A stretch of 64,000 bases of DNA from Squalus acanthias. Its lineage: Eukaryota. Where the stretch lies: NCBI GenBank assembly GCA_030390025.1, contig CM059441.1, positions 63,736,001-63,800,000 of the forward strand, written 5' to 3'. The position numbers and the translations under genes were made by a program. Below the pieces are notes generated by a model. It was not told the DNA's origin. It was given only the letters and a program-made list of their open reading frames with translations, and did no database searches. Position 1 is the first letter of the stretch; every line of letters starts with the position of its first letter. Shown here in pieces: positions 44,166 through 55,979 of this stretch.

Positions 44166-47100
44166 GTAATTTTTGATAAAGCAGTTCGGGAGCATTTAAA
44201 CTAGTATGGCAGGGGGCTAGAAACCTATGTAGTGAAATAGAGGAAAGTGAAAGGCAGACAGAAATAAATGGTAAAAGGGTGAGGAACAAAAAACAAAGGG
44301 CCAAACTAATTCATAAAAAATGTGAGCATAAAAAAAGCCTGAGGGTTTTATACCTTAATGCGAGAAGCATCAGGAACAAGGTAGATGAATTAGCTGTGGA
44401 AATAGAGGTTAATAATTATGATCTAATTGGGATTACGGAAACATGGTTGCAGGGTGAGCAGGGCTGGGAGCTTAACATACAGGGGTATTCAGTATTTAGG
44501 AAGGATCGACAAAAAAGAAAGGGAGGAGGGGTAGCATTGCTGGTAAAAGAAGGGATAAATGCAATTGAAAGGAAGGATATTAACTCAGTTAATACAGAAT
44601 CTATATGGGTGGAGCTAAGAAATAGCGAGGGGCGAAAAACATTAATAGGAGTGGTATATAGGCCTCCAAATAGTAAAATAGAGGTTGGGGAGGGCATCAC
44701 GAGGGAAATTAGAGAAGCGTGCAATAAGAGCACAGCTGTCATCATAGGTGACTTTAACTTACATATAGATTGGAATAGCCTAATCAGTAAAAATAATGAG
44801 GAGGAGGAATTCCTTGAGTGTTTAAGGGATGGTTATCTGGATCAATATGTCGAGGAACCAACTCGGGAACAGGCTATATTGGACTGGGTACTGTGCAATG
44901 AGAAGGGACTAATTAGTAATCTTGTTGTACGGGGACCCTTGGGTCAGAGCGATCATAACATGATCGATTTCTCACTCGAAATGGAGAGCGAAGAAATTGA
45001 CTCAGATACTAAGGTCCTGAATTTAAACAAGGGGAATTATGATGCCATTAGACGGGAACTGAGTAGGTCTGATTGGACAACGTTCCTGGGAGGACTGGAG
45101 GTAGATAAACAATGGCAAGCATTTAAAGATAGAATGACAAAATTGCAAAAATTGTTTATACCAATCTGGCATAAAAGGAAATCTAAAAAGGTGACTCAAC
45201 CGTGGATAACAGGGGAAATTAGAGACAGCATAAAATCCAAAGATAGGGCGTATAAAATAGCCAAAAAAAGCGCCAGAGCGGAAGATTGGGAACAGTTTAA
45301 GATAGAGCAAAGGAGGACAAAGGGCTTAATCAAGAGGGGCAAAATAGCTTACGAAAGCAAGCTGGCGGAAAATATAAAAACTAACTCCAAAAGCTTTTAT
45401 AAGTATATCAAGAGGAAAAGACTGGTGAAAACCAAAGTTGGCCCATTGCAGTCAGATACGGGGGAATATATAACGGGAAATAAAGAAATGGCAGACCAAC
45501 TAAATGCATACTTTGGGTCAGTCTTTACGAAGGAAGACACAAAAAACCTCCCTGGGATATCGGGAAAAATAGGGACATTTGCAAAGGAGGAAATGACGCA
45601 AGTCAATATCTCTAAGGATATGGTGTTAAGGAAGCTAAAGGGATTGAAGGCGGACAAATCCCCAGGGCCTGATAACATGCATCCTAGGGTGCTGAAGGAG
45701 GTGGCCCTAGAGATAGCGGATGCACTAAGTATGATTTTTCAGAATTCATTAGACTCGGGAACAGTGCCCATGGATTGGAGGGTAGCTAACGTTACCCCAC
45801 TATTCAAAAAGGGGGGTAGGGAAAAAGCAGGTAATTACAGACCTGTAAGCCTTACATCAGTTGTGGGCAAAATGCTGGAGTCCATCATTAAGGATGAAAT
45901 AGCGGAGCACTTAGCAAATGGGGACAGGATAGGACAGAGTCAACATGGATTTACAAAGGGTAAATCGTGCTTGACTAATCTATTGGAATTTTTTGAGGGA
46001 GTAACTGGTAAAATAGATGGGGGAGAGCCAGTAGATGTGGTGTACCTGGACTTCCAAAAGGCCTTCGATAAGGTCCCACATAAAAGATTAGCAGGGAAAA
46101 TTGAAGCTCATGGGATAAAGGGGAAAGTATTGACGTGGATAGAGAACTGGCTGTCAGATAGAAAACAGAGAGTTGGAATAAACGGCTCATTTTCTGAATG
46201 GCAGGCAGTAACAAGTGGGGTACCACAGGGATCTGTCCTGGGTCCCCAGCTGTTCACAATTTACATTAATGACCTGGATCAGGGAGTCGGATGCAGCATT
46301 TCCAAATTTGCAGACGACACTAAACTAGGAGGGGGGGTGGGCTCAGAGGAGGAGACCAGGAAGCTCCAGAGCGATTTGGACAGACTGGGTGATTGGGCGG
46401 ATAAATGGCAGATGCACTATAATGTGGACAAGTGCGAAGTTATCCACCTTGGGTGCAGGAACGGGAGGGCAAATTATTATTTAAATGGCAATAAATTGGG
46501 AGAGGGGGAAGTACAGAGAGACCTGGGTGTTCTTGTACACCAGTCACTGAAGGCGAGCATGCAGGTGCAACAGGCGATCAAGAAGGCAAACGGTATGCTG
46601 GCCTTCATAGCAAAAGGGTTGGAATACAGGAACAGGGATACCTTGCTGCAGCTGTACAGGGCACTGGTGAGACCACACCTCGAGTACTGTGTACAGTTTT
46701 GGTCGCCTCATCTGAGGAAAGATGTTCTTGCCATGGAGGGGGTGCAGCGGCGATTCACCAGGCTGATACCAGGAATGGCGGGATTGACCTATGAGGAGAG
46801 ACTATGTAGTTTAGGGATGTACACACTGGAGTTTAGAAGATTGAGAGGGGACCTCATAGAAGTGTATAAAATTCTGACAGGTCTAGACAGACTAGATGCA
46901 GAAGGAATGTTTCCCTTGGCGGGTGAGAACAGAACTAGAGGACATAATTTAAGGATAAGGGCTAAACCATTTAGGACAGAAATGAGGGGGAATTTCTTCA
47001 CTCAGAGGGTGGTGAACCTGTGGAACTCATTGCCACAGAGGGCAGTGTACGCCAGCTCATTAAATATATTTAAGAGGGAATTAGATATATTTCTACAGGC

Positions 47101-47248
47101 AAAAGGGGTTAAGGGTTACGGAGAGAAGGCGGGGACGGGATACTGAATTGGAGGATCAGCCATGATCTCATTAAATGGCGGAGCAGGCTCGAAGGGCCGG
47201 ATGGCCTACTCCTGCTCCTATCTTCTATGTATCTATGTATCTATGTAT
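44166..47248 (+). mobile_element. CR1 LINE, 5'-truncated just upstream of ORF2, with complete 3' UTR
   Basis: Inserted in LINE B between gtccacaaaaatcagg and ttccaatccggcc; ends (ctatgtat)n. Confidence 0.93.
44279..47146 (+). CDS. CR1 ORF2: apurinic-like endonuclease + reverse transcriptase, uninterrupted (955 aa)
   Basis: APE motifs YLNARS, ITETWL, YRPP, GDFN, SDH; RT motifs KSPGPD, NYRPVSLTS, QHGF, DFQKAFD, PQGSVLGP, FADD; no stop or frameshift; start codon uncertain (GTG). Confidence 0.93.
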   Translation: MRNKKQRAKLIHKKCEHKKSLRVLYLNARSIRNKVDELAVEIEVNNYDLIGITETWLQGEQGWELNIQGYSVFRKDRQKRKGGGVALLVKEGINAIERKDINSVNTESIWVELRNSEGRKTLIGVVYRPPNSKIEVGEGITREIREACNKSTAVIIGDFNLHIDWNSLISKNNEEEEFLECLRDGYLDQYVEEPTREQAILDWVLCNEKGLISNLVVRGPLGQSDHNMIDFSLEMESEEIDSDTKVLNLNKGNYDAIRRELSRSDWTTFLGGLEVDKQWQAFKDRMTKLQKLFIPIWHKRKSKKVTQPWITGEIRDSIKSKDRAYKIAKKSARAEDWEQFKIEQRRTKGLIKRGKIAYESKLAENIKTNSKSFYKYIKRKRLVKTKVGPLQSDTGEYITGNKEMADQLNAYFGSVFTKEDTKNLPGISGKIGTFAKEEMTQVNISKDMVLRKLKGLKADKSPGPDNMHPRVLKEVALEIADALSMIFQNSLDSGTVPMDWRVANVTPLFKKGGREKAGNYRPVSLTSVVGKMLESIIKDEIAEHLANGDRIGQSQHGFTKGKSCLTNLLEFFEGVTGKIDGGEPVDVVYLDFQKAFDKVPHKRLAGKIEAHGIKGKVLTWIENWLSDRKQRVGINGSFSEWQAVTSGVPQGSVLGPQLFTIYINDLDQGVGCSISKFADDTKLGGGVGSEEETRKLQSDLDRLGDWADKWQMHYNVDKCEVIHLGCRNGRANYYLNGNKLGEGEVQRDLGVLVHQSLKASMQVQQAIKKANGMLAFIAKGLEYRNRDTLLQLYRALVRPHLEYCVQFWSPHLRKDVLAMEGVQRRFTRLIPGMAGLTYEERLCSLGMYTLEFRRLRGDLIEVYKILTGLDRLDAEGMFPLAGENRTRGHNLRIRAKPFRTEMRGNFFTQRVVNLWNSLPQRAVYASSLNIFKRELDIFLQAKGVKGYGEKAGTGY

Positions 47249-48127
47249 AATTCCAATCCGGCCAATTACCACCCTGTGAGTCTACTCTCAATCATCAGCA
47301 AAGTGATGGAAGGTGTCATCGACAGTGGTCTCAAGCGGCACTTACTCACCAATAGCCTGCTCACCGATGCTCAGTTTAGGTTTGGGTTTGGCTCTCGACC
47401 TCATTTAAACCTTGGTCCAAACATGGACAAAAGATCTGAATTCCAGAGCTCAGGTGAGAGTGACTGCCCTTGACATAAAGCAGCATTTGACCAAGTGTGG
47501 TATCAAGAAGCCCGAGTAAATAGCTCTTTTCATGACCTCAGGATGTCCCAAAGCACTTTACAGCCAATGAAGTACTTTTGAAGTGTAGTCACTATTGTTC
47601 TGTAGGAAATTTCAAGTCTTTTTTTTGTAAAATTGAAGTCAATTTGAATCAGGGGGAAAACTCTCCACTGACTGGAGGCATACCTAGCACAAAGGAAGAT
47701 GGTTGTGGTTTTTGGAGGCCAATCATCTCAGCCCCAGGACATCGCTGCAGGAATTCCTCAGGGCAGTGTCCAAGGCCCAACCATCTTCAGTAGCTTCATC
47801 AATTACCTTCTCTCCATCATAAGGTCAGAAGTGGGGAGGTTGGCTGATGATTGCACAGTGTTTAGTTCCATTTGCAGCACCTCAGATAATGAAGCAGTCT
47901 GTGCCCGCATGCAGCAAGACGCGAACGACATTCAGGCTTGGGCTGACATGTGGCAAGTAATATTCGTGCCCCACAAGTACCAGGCAATTACTATTTCCAA
48001 CAAGAGAGAGTCTAACCCCCCGCCCCTTGACATTCAACGGCATTACCATTGCCAAATCCCCCACCATCAACATCCTGGGGGTCACCATTAACCAGAAACT
48101 TAACTGGACCAGCCACATAGATATAAG

Positions 48128-48874
48128 GGCCCAGAAATTTGACTCGGAGGCTTGCCGCGGGGGTAAGGATCGCGCGCGATATCACACTCCGCGCTGGCCA
48201 TTGTGTTTTGGGCCCACAGGAACTTCAGGTCCTGGGTCTCTCCCTAGTGCCGGCGCGCAGTGTGTGCGTGTCCCAGGGGCGCAGTTAGTGCGATGCGACC
48301 TCTGGGATCACGTGGGCCATGGAGAGCCAATGGCAGCAGACTATCTTTCATTCATAGATTTGACAGGAGACATGTCAAATCTGTGAATTGAAAGAGACCC
48401 CAAAATAATTTTTTTTTAAAAACCATTACATTAATAAAATAACTATAGTTAAATAAATTAACCACTTTAAACAAAAATTTAAATTTTTGAAAAAATTAAA
48501 AAAATTTTTTAAAGTTATAAAAATAAACTTACCTTTCTTTAAAGTCTCTAAAAAAGATAAACCTGTTGAAAAAAATTAACAATTATACTTAATTAACTAC
48601 TAACCTTGTTCAAAAGGGGTCTTACGCCTCCTTTTTACATGTGTATAATCTTCCATACTTACCCTCGCGTTGAAACCTGAAAAAAAACCTAAGTGTGCTG
48701 CGTGCGCACAGCCTGTAGTGCGCACGCGGTTCACCTAGGAACCGCCCCCTTCGCCATACCGGAAGTGCCGGTTTCCCGCGCATGCGCAGTGCATGCAGGA
48801 AACCGGCACTTCAGGATCTAATACGGGTGAGTACGCAGTGCGTACTCTCCCGTATTAGGCCGAATTTTTGGGCC
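48128..48874. mobile_element. Harbinger-type MITE, family 1
   Basis: TIR GGCCCAGAAATT vs revcomp GGCCCAAAAATT; flanks AAG/AAT; interrupts LINE B; inverted homolog of 29431-30195. Confidence 0.88.
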
Positions 48875-49518
48875 AATGACTATAAGAGCAAGTCAGAGGT
48901 TGGGTATTCTGCGATGAGTGACTCACCTCCTGACTCCCCAAAGCCTTTCCACCATCTACAAGGCACAAGTCAGGAGTGTGATGGAATACTCTCCACTTGC
49001 CTGGATGAGTGCAGCTCCAACAACACTCAAGAAGCTCGACATCATCCAGGATAAAGCAGCCCACTTGATTGGCACCCCATCCACCACCGTAAACATTCAC
49101 TCCCTCCACCACCGGCGCACCGTGGCTGCAGTGTGTACCATCTACAAGATGCACTGCAGCAACTCGCCAAGGCTTCTTCGACAGCACCTCCCAAACCCGC
49201 GACCTCTACCACCTAGAAGGACAAGGTCGACAGGCGCATGGGAACACCACCACCTCCAAGTTCCCCTCCACGTCACACACCATCCTAACTTGGAACTATA
49301 TCACCGTTCCTTCATTGTTGCTGTGTTAAAATCCTGGAACGCCTTCCCTAACAGCACTGTGGGAGTACCTTCACCACGCGGACTGCAGCGATTCAGGAAG
49401 GCGGCTCACCACCAGCTTCTCAAGGGCAATTAGGGATGGGCAATAAATGCTGGCCCTGCCAGTGATGCCCACATCCAAGGAATTAAAAGAAAACGTCACT
49501 CAAGTAGACAGTTGTTAC

Positions 49519-49631
49519 CTGGGCCATTTTGATCAGTGCAGGGAGAATTTTAGCGTATTTCTCCCTCTTCTGTTTTGGACTCATGGACTTCATTTCGGAC
49601 TGGTCCTCTGACACCGGCACTTCCTTCTGGT
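49519..49631 (-). CDS. Gene B putative juxtamembrane cytoplasmic exon (reading frame problem)
   Basis: tgtttttag|ACCAGAAG ... GGCCCAG|gtaaca; 113 bp; entered in phase 2 it reads KPEGSAGVRGPVRNEVHESKTEEGEIR* (TAA 49550-49552); another frame is open to a phase-0 donor (...EKYAKILPALIKMAQ). Confidence 0.5.
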
Positions 49632-49829
49632 CTAAAAACATATTTTAAGACAAGCTTATAAGCACCGGAAATAATAAGAGAGATTCTGGTTGGAATGACT
49701 GGGATTGACGGCTGATTATAATATTTGGACCGCATTTTAACCAATGCACCTGACACAGTGTCTGAAATCTAACCAATTTTATCACTTCAAAAGCGAGCTG
49801 AGGATAAGGAACATGGTTAACTGTGAAGA

Positions 49830-51590
49830 GGGCTATTGGGACTTCAGAGGGACAGAGACAGACTGGGAGATTGGGCAGAGGGATGATATTTAATGCAGAG
49901 AAATGTGAGATTATACACTTTAGGAGGAGTAATAAGGAGAGGAAACAGGGGCTAAATCATAGTATCTTACAGCCCATCGTGCCTGTGCCGGCTCTTTGAA
50001 AGAGCCATCCAATTAGTCCCACCCCCCTGCTCTTTCCCCATAGCCCTTCAAATGTCTTCTCTTCAAGTATTTGTCTAATTCTCTTTTGAAAGCTCCCATT
50101 GAATCTGCTTCCACCACCCTTTCATTCCAGATCACAACTTGTGTGAATAAAAATTCTCCTCATCTTCCCCCCTGGTTCTTTAGCCAATTATCATAAATAG
50201 TGTCCTCTGGTTACCGACCCTCCTGCCAGTGGAAACAGTTTCTCCTTATTTACTCTATCAAAACCATTCAGGATTTTGAACGCCTCGATGAAATCTCCCC
50301 TTAACCATCTCTGCTCTAAGGAGAACAATCCCAACTTCTCCAAGTCTCTCCACATAACTGAAGTCCCTCAGCCCTGGAACCATTCTGGTAAATCTCCTCT
50401 GCACCCTCTCCAAAGCCTTGATGTCCTTCCTAAAGTGTAATGGTTTAAAAGAAGTAGAGGAGCAGAGAAACACAGTGATTCAGATATACGCAAATATTCA
50501 AAAGTGGGAGGACGAGCTGAAGGAGAAAAACTTATGGTGGCAGATATATAACTTGCCACATCGAGAATCGCTCGCCGTTGTTTTAAACGGAAATGTAAAT
50601 CAGGCGGTTTCCATAATGGGCAACTGATCCCAATGCCCATTTCACGGCAGGTTGCAAGTTGAATTTCCGAGCTGTGCTCTCCTACAATGTATAAACAAGG
50701 GGGCCTAAAAAGCCAAGAGGTCGCATTAAACCGGCACAAATCGCTCTCCTGGCCGGCCTCCCATCTTCCACCCTTCATAAACTAGAGCTTATCCAAAGCT
50801 CTGCTGACCCGTATCATAACTAGCACCAAGTCCCGTTCACCCATCACCCCGCTGTTGTTCACTGACCTACAACATTGGCTGCTGGTCCGCCAACGCCTCG
50901 ATTTAAAAATTCTCATCCTTGTTTTCAAATCCTCCACGGCCCTCTCCCCCTCCCTATCTCTGTAACCTCCTCCAGCCCTACAACTCTCCGAAATCTCCGC
51001 GCTCCTCCAATTCTGGCCTCTTGCACATCCCCGATTGCCATCACTCCACCACTGGCGGCCGTGCCTTCAGCTGACTAGGCCCTAAACTCTGCAAATTGTT
51101 ATTGTTGGTGTTGGGTAGATTCCTGTGTCCAGTTTTAGACATCTTACTTTAGGGAGGGTGTCTCGGCCATGGAGAGGGTACAACGAACTTACAATTATAT
51201 AGTGCCTTTCACAATCTCAGGAAGTCCCAAAGCATTGTTCGCTTTCTGCATCCATAATTCAATAACAACTTGCATTTATACAGTGCCTTAACAGGAAAGA
51301 TTATCAAACAAAGATTTGACACCGAACCACATAAGGAGATATTAAGAAAGGTGACCAAAAGCTCGGTCAAAGAGGTAGATTTTAAGGAGCATCTTAAAGG
51401 AAGAGAGTGAGGAGGAGAGGTTTAGGGAGGGAGTTCCAGAGCTTGGGGTCTAGGCAGCTGAAGGCACGGCCGGTGATGGTGGAATGATGGAACACGGGGG
51501 ATGCGCAAGAGGCCAGAGTTGGAGGAGCGCAGAGATCTCGGAGGGTTGTGGGGCTGGAGGAGGTCACAGAGATAGGGAGGGACGAGGCCG
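49830..51590. mobile_element. Mosaic of CR1 and L2 fragments, with about 350 bp of unclassified sequence at 50440-50790
   Basis: CR1 KALERVQRRFTRMVPG (50258-50473); L2 pieces at 50790-51090 (+) and 51260-51590 (-). Confidence 0.7.
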
Positions 51591-51609
51591 TAGTTGCTTT
51601 CATACTCAC

Positions 51610-51730
51610 TTGTTGGTTCTTCTGCGGGCCTTGACAATTAAGCAAATTACGGCCGTAGAGATGATTAGAAGCAAAGCCCCTCCTGCAGCAGCCAATGGGA
51701 TTGTTGGTATCTTCTCCAACCTTCTCCCAG
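51610..51730 (-). CDS. Gene B exon: transmembrane segment
   Basis: ttttataccttag|CTGGGAGA ... AACCAACAA|gtgagt; phase 1-2; AGRRLEKIPTIPLAAAGGALLLIISTAVICLIVKARRRTN. Confidence 0.9.
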
Positions 51731-52109
51731 CTAAGGTATAAAAGGAAAAAAAGAGGACAATATAAGTGCTAATGTACTTTGTTCCATTAATCTCTTGCGC
51801 ACCTTCAAAAGACGAACCCCGCGAATCACTGAGCAGCAAACTGCGTCCCATTTGTGTAAGTGTCAGCCTTTTTGGCTGGCTATCCAACTATAGGAGCAGG
51901 TGTTGCAATTGAGCCCAATCCTCTCAAGCCCTCTTGGGTGGACGTACAAGATCCCGCGGTGTCAATGGGGCGATATATGTCCCTCAACCAACATCGATCC
52001 AAAAAAAATGAGCATTGCTGATTGTGCGATCTTGCTATGCACAAATGTGGCTGCCCCGTTACAACAGTGACCATCCTTCAAAAAAAAAGTACTTAGTTTG
52101 CTGCGAAGT

Positions 52110-53250
52110 GTCAGCCGTGGCTCAGTGGGTAGCACTCTCGCCTCTGAGTCAGAAGGTTTGTGGGTTCAAGTCCCACTCCAGAGACTTGAGCACCAAAATC
52201 TAAGCTGACACTCCCAGTGCAGTACTGAGGGACGCTGCACTGTCGGAGGGGCAGTACTGAGGGAGAGCTGCACTGTCAGAGGGGCAGTACTGAGGGTGTG
52301 CTGCACTGTCAGAGGGGCAGTACTGAGGGTGTGCTGCACTGTCGGAGGGGCAGTACTGAGGGTGTGCTGCACTGTTGGAGGGGCAGTACTGAGGGTGTGC
52401 TGCACTGTCGGAGCGGCAGTACTGAAATAATGCTGCACTGTCAGAGGGGCAGTACTGAGGGTGTGCTGCACTGTCAGAGGGGTATTACTGAAATAATGCT
52501 GCACTGTCAGAGGGGCAATACGGAGGGTGTGCTGCACTGTCAGAGGGGCAGTACTGAGGGTGTGCTGCACTGTCAGAGGGGCAGTACTGAAACAATGCTG
52601 CACTGTCAGAGGGGCAATACGGAGGGTGTGCTGCACTGTCAGAGGGGCAGTACGGAGGGTGTGCTGCACTGACAGAGGGGCAGTACTGAGGGTGTGCTGC
52701 ACTGTCAGAGGGGCAGTACTGAGGGTGTGCTGCACTGTCAGAGGGGCAGTACTGAGGGTGTGCTGCACTGTCAGAGGGGCAGTGCTGACGGAGTGCTGCA
52801 CTGTCAGAGGGGCAGTACTGAGGGAGCGCTGCACTTTCGGAGGGGCAGTGCTGATCGGAGTGCTGCACTGTCAGAGGGGCAGTACTGAGGGAGCGCTGCA
52901 CTGTTGGAGGGGCAGTACTGAGGGAGCGCTGCATTGGCTTTCAGATGAGACATTAAACCGAGGCCCTGTCTGCACTTTCAGATGGATGTAAAAGATCCCA
53001 TGGCCACTATTTCGAAGAAGAGCAGGGGAGTTCTCCCCGGTGCCCTGGCAATATTTATCCCTCAACCAACATCACTAAAACAGAATATCTGGTCATTATC
53101 ACATTGCTGTTCAAGGGAGCTTGCTGTGCACATATTGGCTGCTGCATTTCAACAGTGACTACACTTTTAAAGTACTTCATTGGCTGTGAAGCGCTATGGG
53201 ATGTCCTGAGGTTGTGAAAGGCGCTATAGAAACACATGTTCATTTTTTCC
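52110..53250 (+). mobile_element. Full-length Deu-domain SINE with 33-bp array (52218-52935, about 22 units)
   Basis: A box tggctcagtggg, B box gttcaagtc; unit gtactgagggtgtgctgcactgtcagaggggca; Deu core and tail. Confidence 0.92.
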
Positions 53251-53577
53251 ATTCAACATTATTGCTGATGATGGTTTGACATTTTAGTCAGGACTTCGTA
53301 GTTCAGTCTTTCCGCTAAACTCAACACCTCTTCTATTTTTTGCTGTTACTTTTAACAGGCTGAATGTGGTCCACTTAATCAGCAGGGCAATCAGCACAAA
53401 TACTGCAGAACAGTTCAGACCGGAGCTGAGGAGTATAAATAAACGTGAGCTGATCCCACAGTTAGTCCGCAGTGTGACGCACAGCTGTGATGTCTGGTGT
53501 AAGCGCCTTCTGATCTCGGGGCAGCCGAGCGCAGCAGAGAAGCTGGGGGTTGGAGCCCACTGACGGGAGAAAGATAG

Positions 53578-54575
53578 AGCTTACATTACTATAGCACTTC
53601 TCAGGAGGTCCCAAAACGCTTCACAGCCAATGAAGTACTTTTTAGTCACTGTTGTACTGTAGGGAAATGTGGCAGCCCAATTGCGCACAGCAAGCTCCCA
53701 CAAACAGCAATGTGACAATGACCAGATAATCTCTCTTTTGGTGATGTTGGTTGAGGGATAAATATTGGCCAGGACACCGGGGAGAACTCCCCTGCTCTTC
53801 TTTGAAATAGTGGCCGCGGGATCTTTTTCGTTCACCGGAAAGTGCAGACAGGGCCTCGGTTTAATGTCTCATCTGAAAGTGCAGCACTCCCTAAGTACTG
53901 CCCCTACGACAATGCAGCACTCCCTCAGTACTGACCCCCCAACAGTGCAGCGTTCCCTCAGAACCGCGCCTCCGACAATGCAGCACTCCCTCAGTACTGA
54001 CCCCCCAACAGTGCAGCGTTCCCTCAGTACCGTGCCTCCGACAATGCAGCACTCCCTCAGTACTGACCCCCCAACAATACAGTGCTCCATCAGTACTACC
54101 TCTCTGTCATTGCAGCGCTCCTTCAGTACTGCCCCTCCGACAGTACAGCGCTCCCTCAGTACTGCTCCTCCGACAGTGCAGCGCTCCCTCAGTACTGTCC
54201 CTCCGACAGTGCAGCACTCCCTCAGTACTGCCCCTCCGACAGTGTAGCGCTCCCTCAGTACTGTCCCACCGACCGTGCAGCGCTCCCTCAGTACTGCCCC
54301 TCTGACAGTGCAGCTCTCCCGCAGTACTGCCTCTCCCACAGTGCGGTGCTCCCTCAGTACTGACCCTCAGAAAGTGCAGCGCTCCCTCAGTACTGCCCCT
54401 CCGACAGTGCAGCACTCCCTCAGTACTGCCTCTCCCACAGTGCAGCTCTCCTGCAGTACTCGCACCGGGGAGTTTTAGACTGGATTATGGGGCTCAACTC
54501 TCTGGTATGGGGTCTCAAACCCACTACCTTCTGACTCAGTGGCGAGAGAGAGAGTGCTGACCAACTGAGCCATGG
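53578..54575 (-). mobile_element. Full-length Deu-domain SINE with 33-bp array (53878-54460, about 17 units)
   Basis: Reverse complement of the same SINE; head ends accaactgagccatggct. Confidence 0.9.
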
Positions 54576-54784
54576 CTAAGAACATTAAACGTATAAATGA
54601 TGGAAGGGGTATTTGGGACGTCCTGAGGTCGTGCTATATAAAGGCAAGTTCCTTCTTTCTGTTTCATTTGCACTTTGTGCATAAAGGACAGGTTTCCAAA
54701 ATCCCTAGCAATTGCTGTCTGTCTACTGCACATTGTTGAATCTCTTTCAAATTAGCGTTATAATAGCCATGGGCAGACGCTCAC

Positions 54785-55090
54785 CTTTTCCATTGACAGA
54801 CTGTATTTCCAACTGCATCTGTGATGGTGGGCGACCTTGAGAATTCGCCACAGTGCAGTTTATCATCTCCATGGTCAGGTTGGTCCCATTGATGGTGAGT
54901 GTGTTAGTTACCAAGGGTCCGGACCTGATGCACTGTGTCTCGTTGACCCCGCCTGATCCAGTCACCCCAATGCTCCTTCCAGGCAAATGCCAGTTGACCT
55001 CAACAGATGAGTTGGATTGGACGACACAAAGGCAGGTCACGTTGGTCAGGTACCGCGTGCATTTCGACTCTGACAGTATGACTGCATCAT
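54785..55090 (-). CDS. Gene B exon: membrane-proximal MAG d5-like Ig domain
   Basis: cttacag|ATGATGCA ... GGAAAAG|gtgagc; phase 1-1, 306 bp; NDAVILSESKCTRYLTNVTCLCVVQSN..WHLP..LVTNTLTI..INCTVANSQG; paralogous to 4143-4436. Confidence 0.92.
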
Positions 55091-55149
55091 CTGTAAGATC
55101 TGATTTGAGAAAAAGCCCATTAAATTATCCAGTTCAGTGGACAGGTACA

Positions 55150-55730
55150 CGAAAGCGATCGAACATGGGCCTTTATCTCGAGGGTTGGAATACAAAGGGG
55201 AGGAAGTTATGCTGAGCCTTGTACAGAGCCTTGGTCAGACCGTATCTGGAGTATTGCCTTCAGTTCTGGGCACCGTACCTCAGGAAGGATATATTGGCCT
55301 TGGAGGAGTTGCAGCACAGATTCATCACAATGATACCAGGGCTTAAATTATGAGGGCAGGATGCATAGACTAGGCTTGCATTTTCTCAAGAATAGAAGAT
55401 TAATGGGTTATCTAATCGAGGTGTTTAAGATGTTTAAAGGATTTGATAAGGTAGATAGAGAAAAACTATTTCCTCTGTTGGGGTGAGTTCAGAACAAGGG
55501 GACACAATCTTAAAATTCGAGCTAGGCTGTTCAGGAGTGATGTCAGGAGGCACTTCTTCACACAAAGGGTAGTGGGAATCTGGAAATCTCCCCAAAATGC
55601 TGTGGATCAATTGGAGCTTTCAAGATTGAGATCGATAGATTTGTTGGGTAAGGGTATCAAGGGATATGGAGCAAAGGCAGGTAAATGGAGTTGAGGTACA
55701 GATCAGCCATGATCTAATTGAATGGCTTGA
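55150..55730 (+). mobile_element. CR1 3' fragment
   Basis: SRGLEYKG..LVRP.LEYC motif and CR1 3' UTR gatcagccatgatctaattgaatggc. Confidence 0.78.
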
Positions 55731-55979
55731 CTGACTGGCTAATTGACTGACTGGGAGTGTGGCCTGAATTATAGGGCTCCATTCTCTGGATTGGGAGATC
55801 TCCCGAGGTCGTAAAAGGCGCTATATTCATGCAAATTCTTTCTTTCTTCTAGTTGAACTTAAAGTTTTGTCATTTGAGAGTGTCTTAAGAACTCTGAATT
55901 ATGGAACAAAACATTCGGTTCATTTTGGATCAACGTCAAAATGCAGGAATTTAAAAAAATCAAAATTAAAAGTACTCAC

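Larger units (their letters stand above)
41990..49490 (+). mobile_element. LINE family B, long degraded copy (APE + RT) split by four insertions
   Basis: APE-like ELSHRLVKQQPDIVILTESYL, TTYRPP, DFNVH, SDH; RT PQGSV.GP, LADD; 3' tail at 49380-49490. Confidence 0.85.

Noticed and set aside
50440-50790. Missing phase 2-1 micro-exon of gene B in unclassified sequence
   Set aside because: No convincing - strand acceptor/donor pair found by eye; needs transcript data.
52110-52185. tRNA gene (A and B boxes)
   Set aside because: It is the tRNA-derived head of a SINE and runs straight into the SINE body; no full cloverleaf was recognised.
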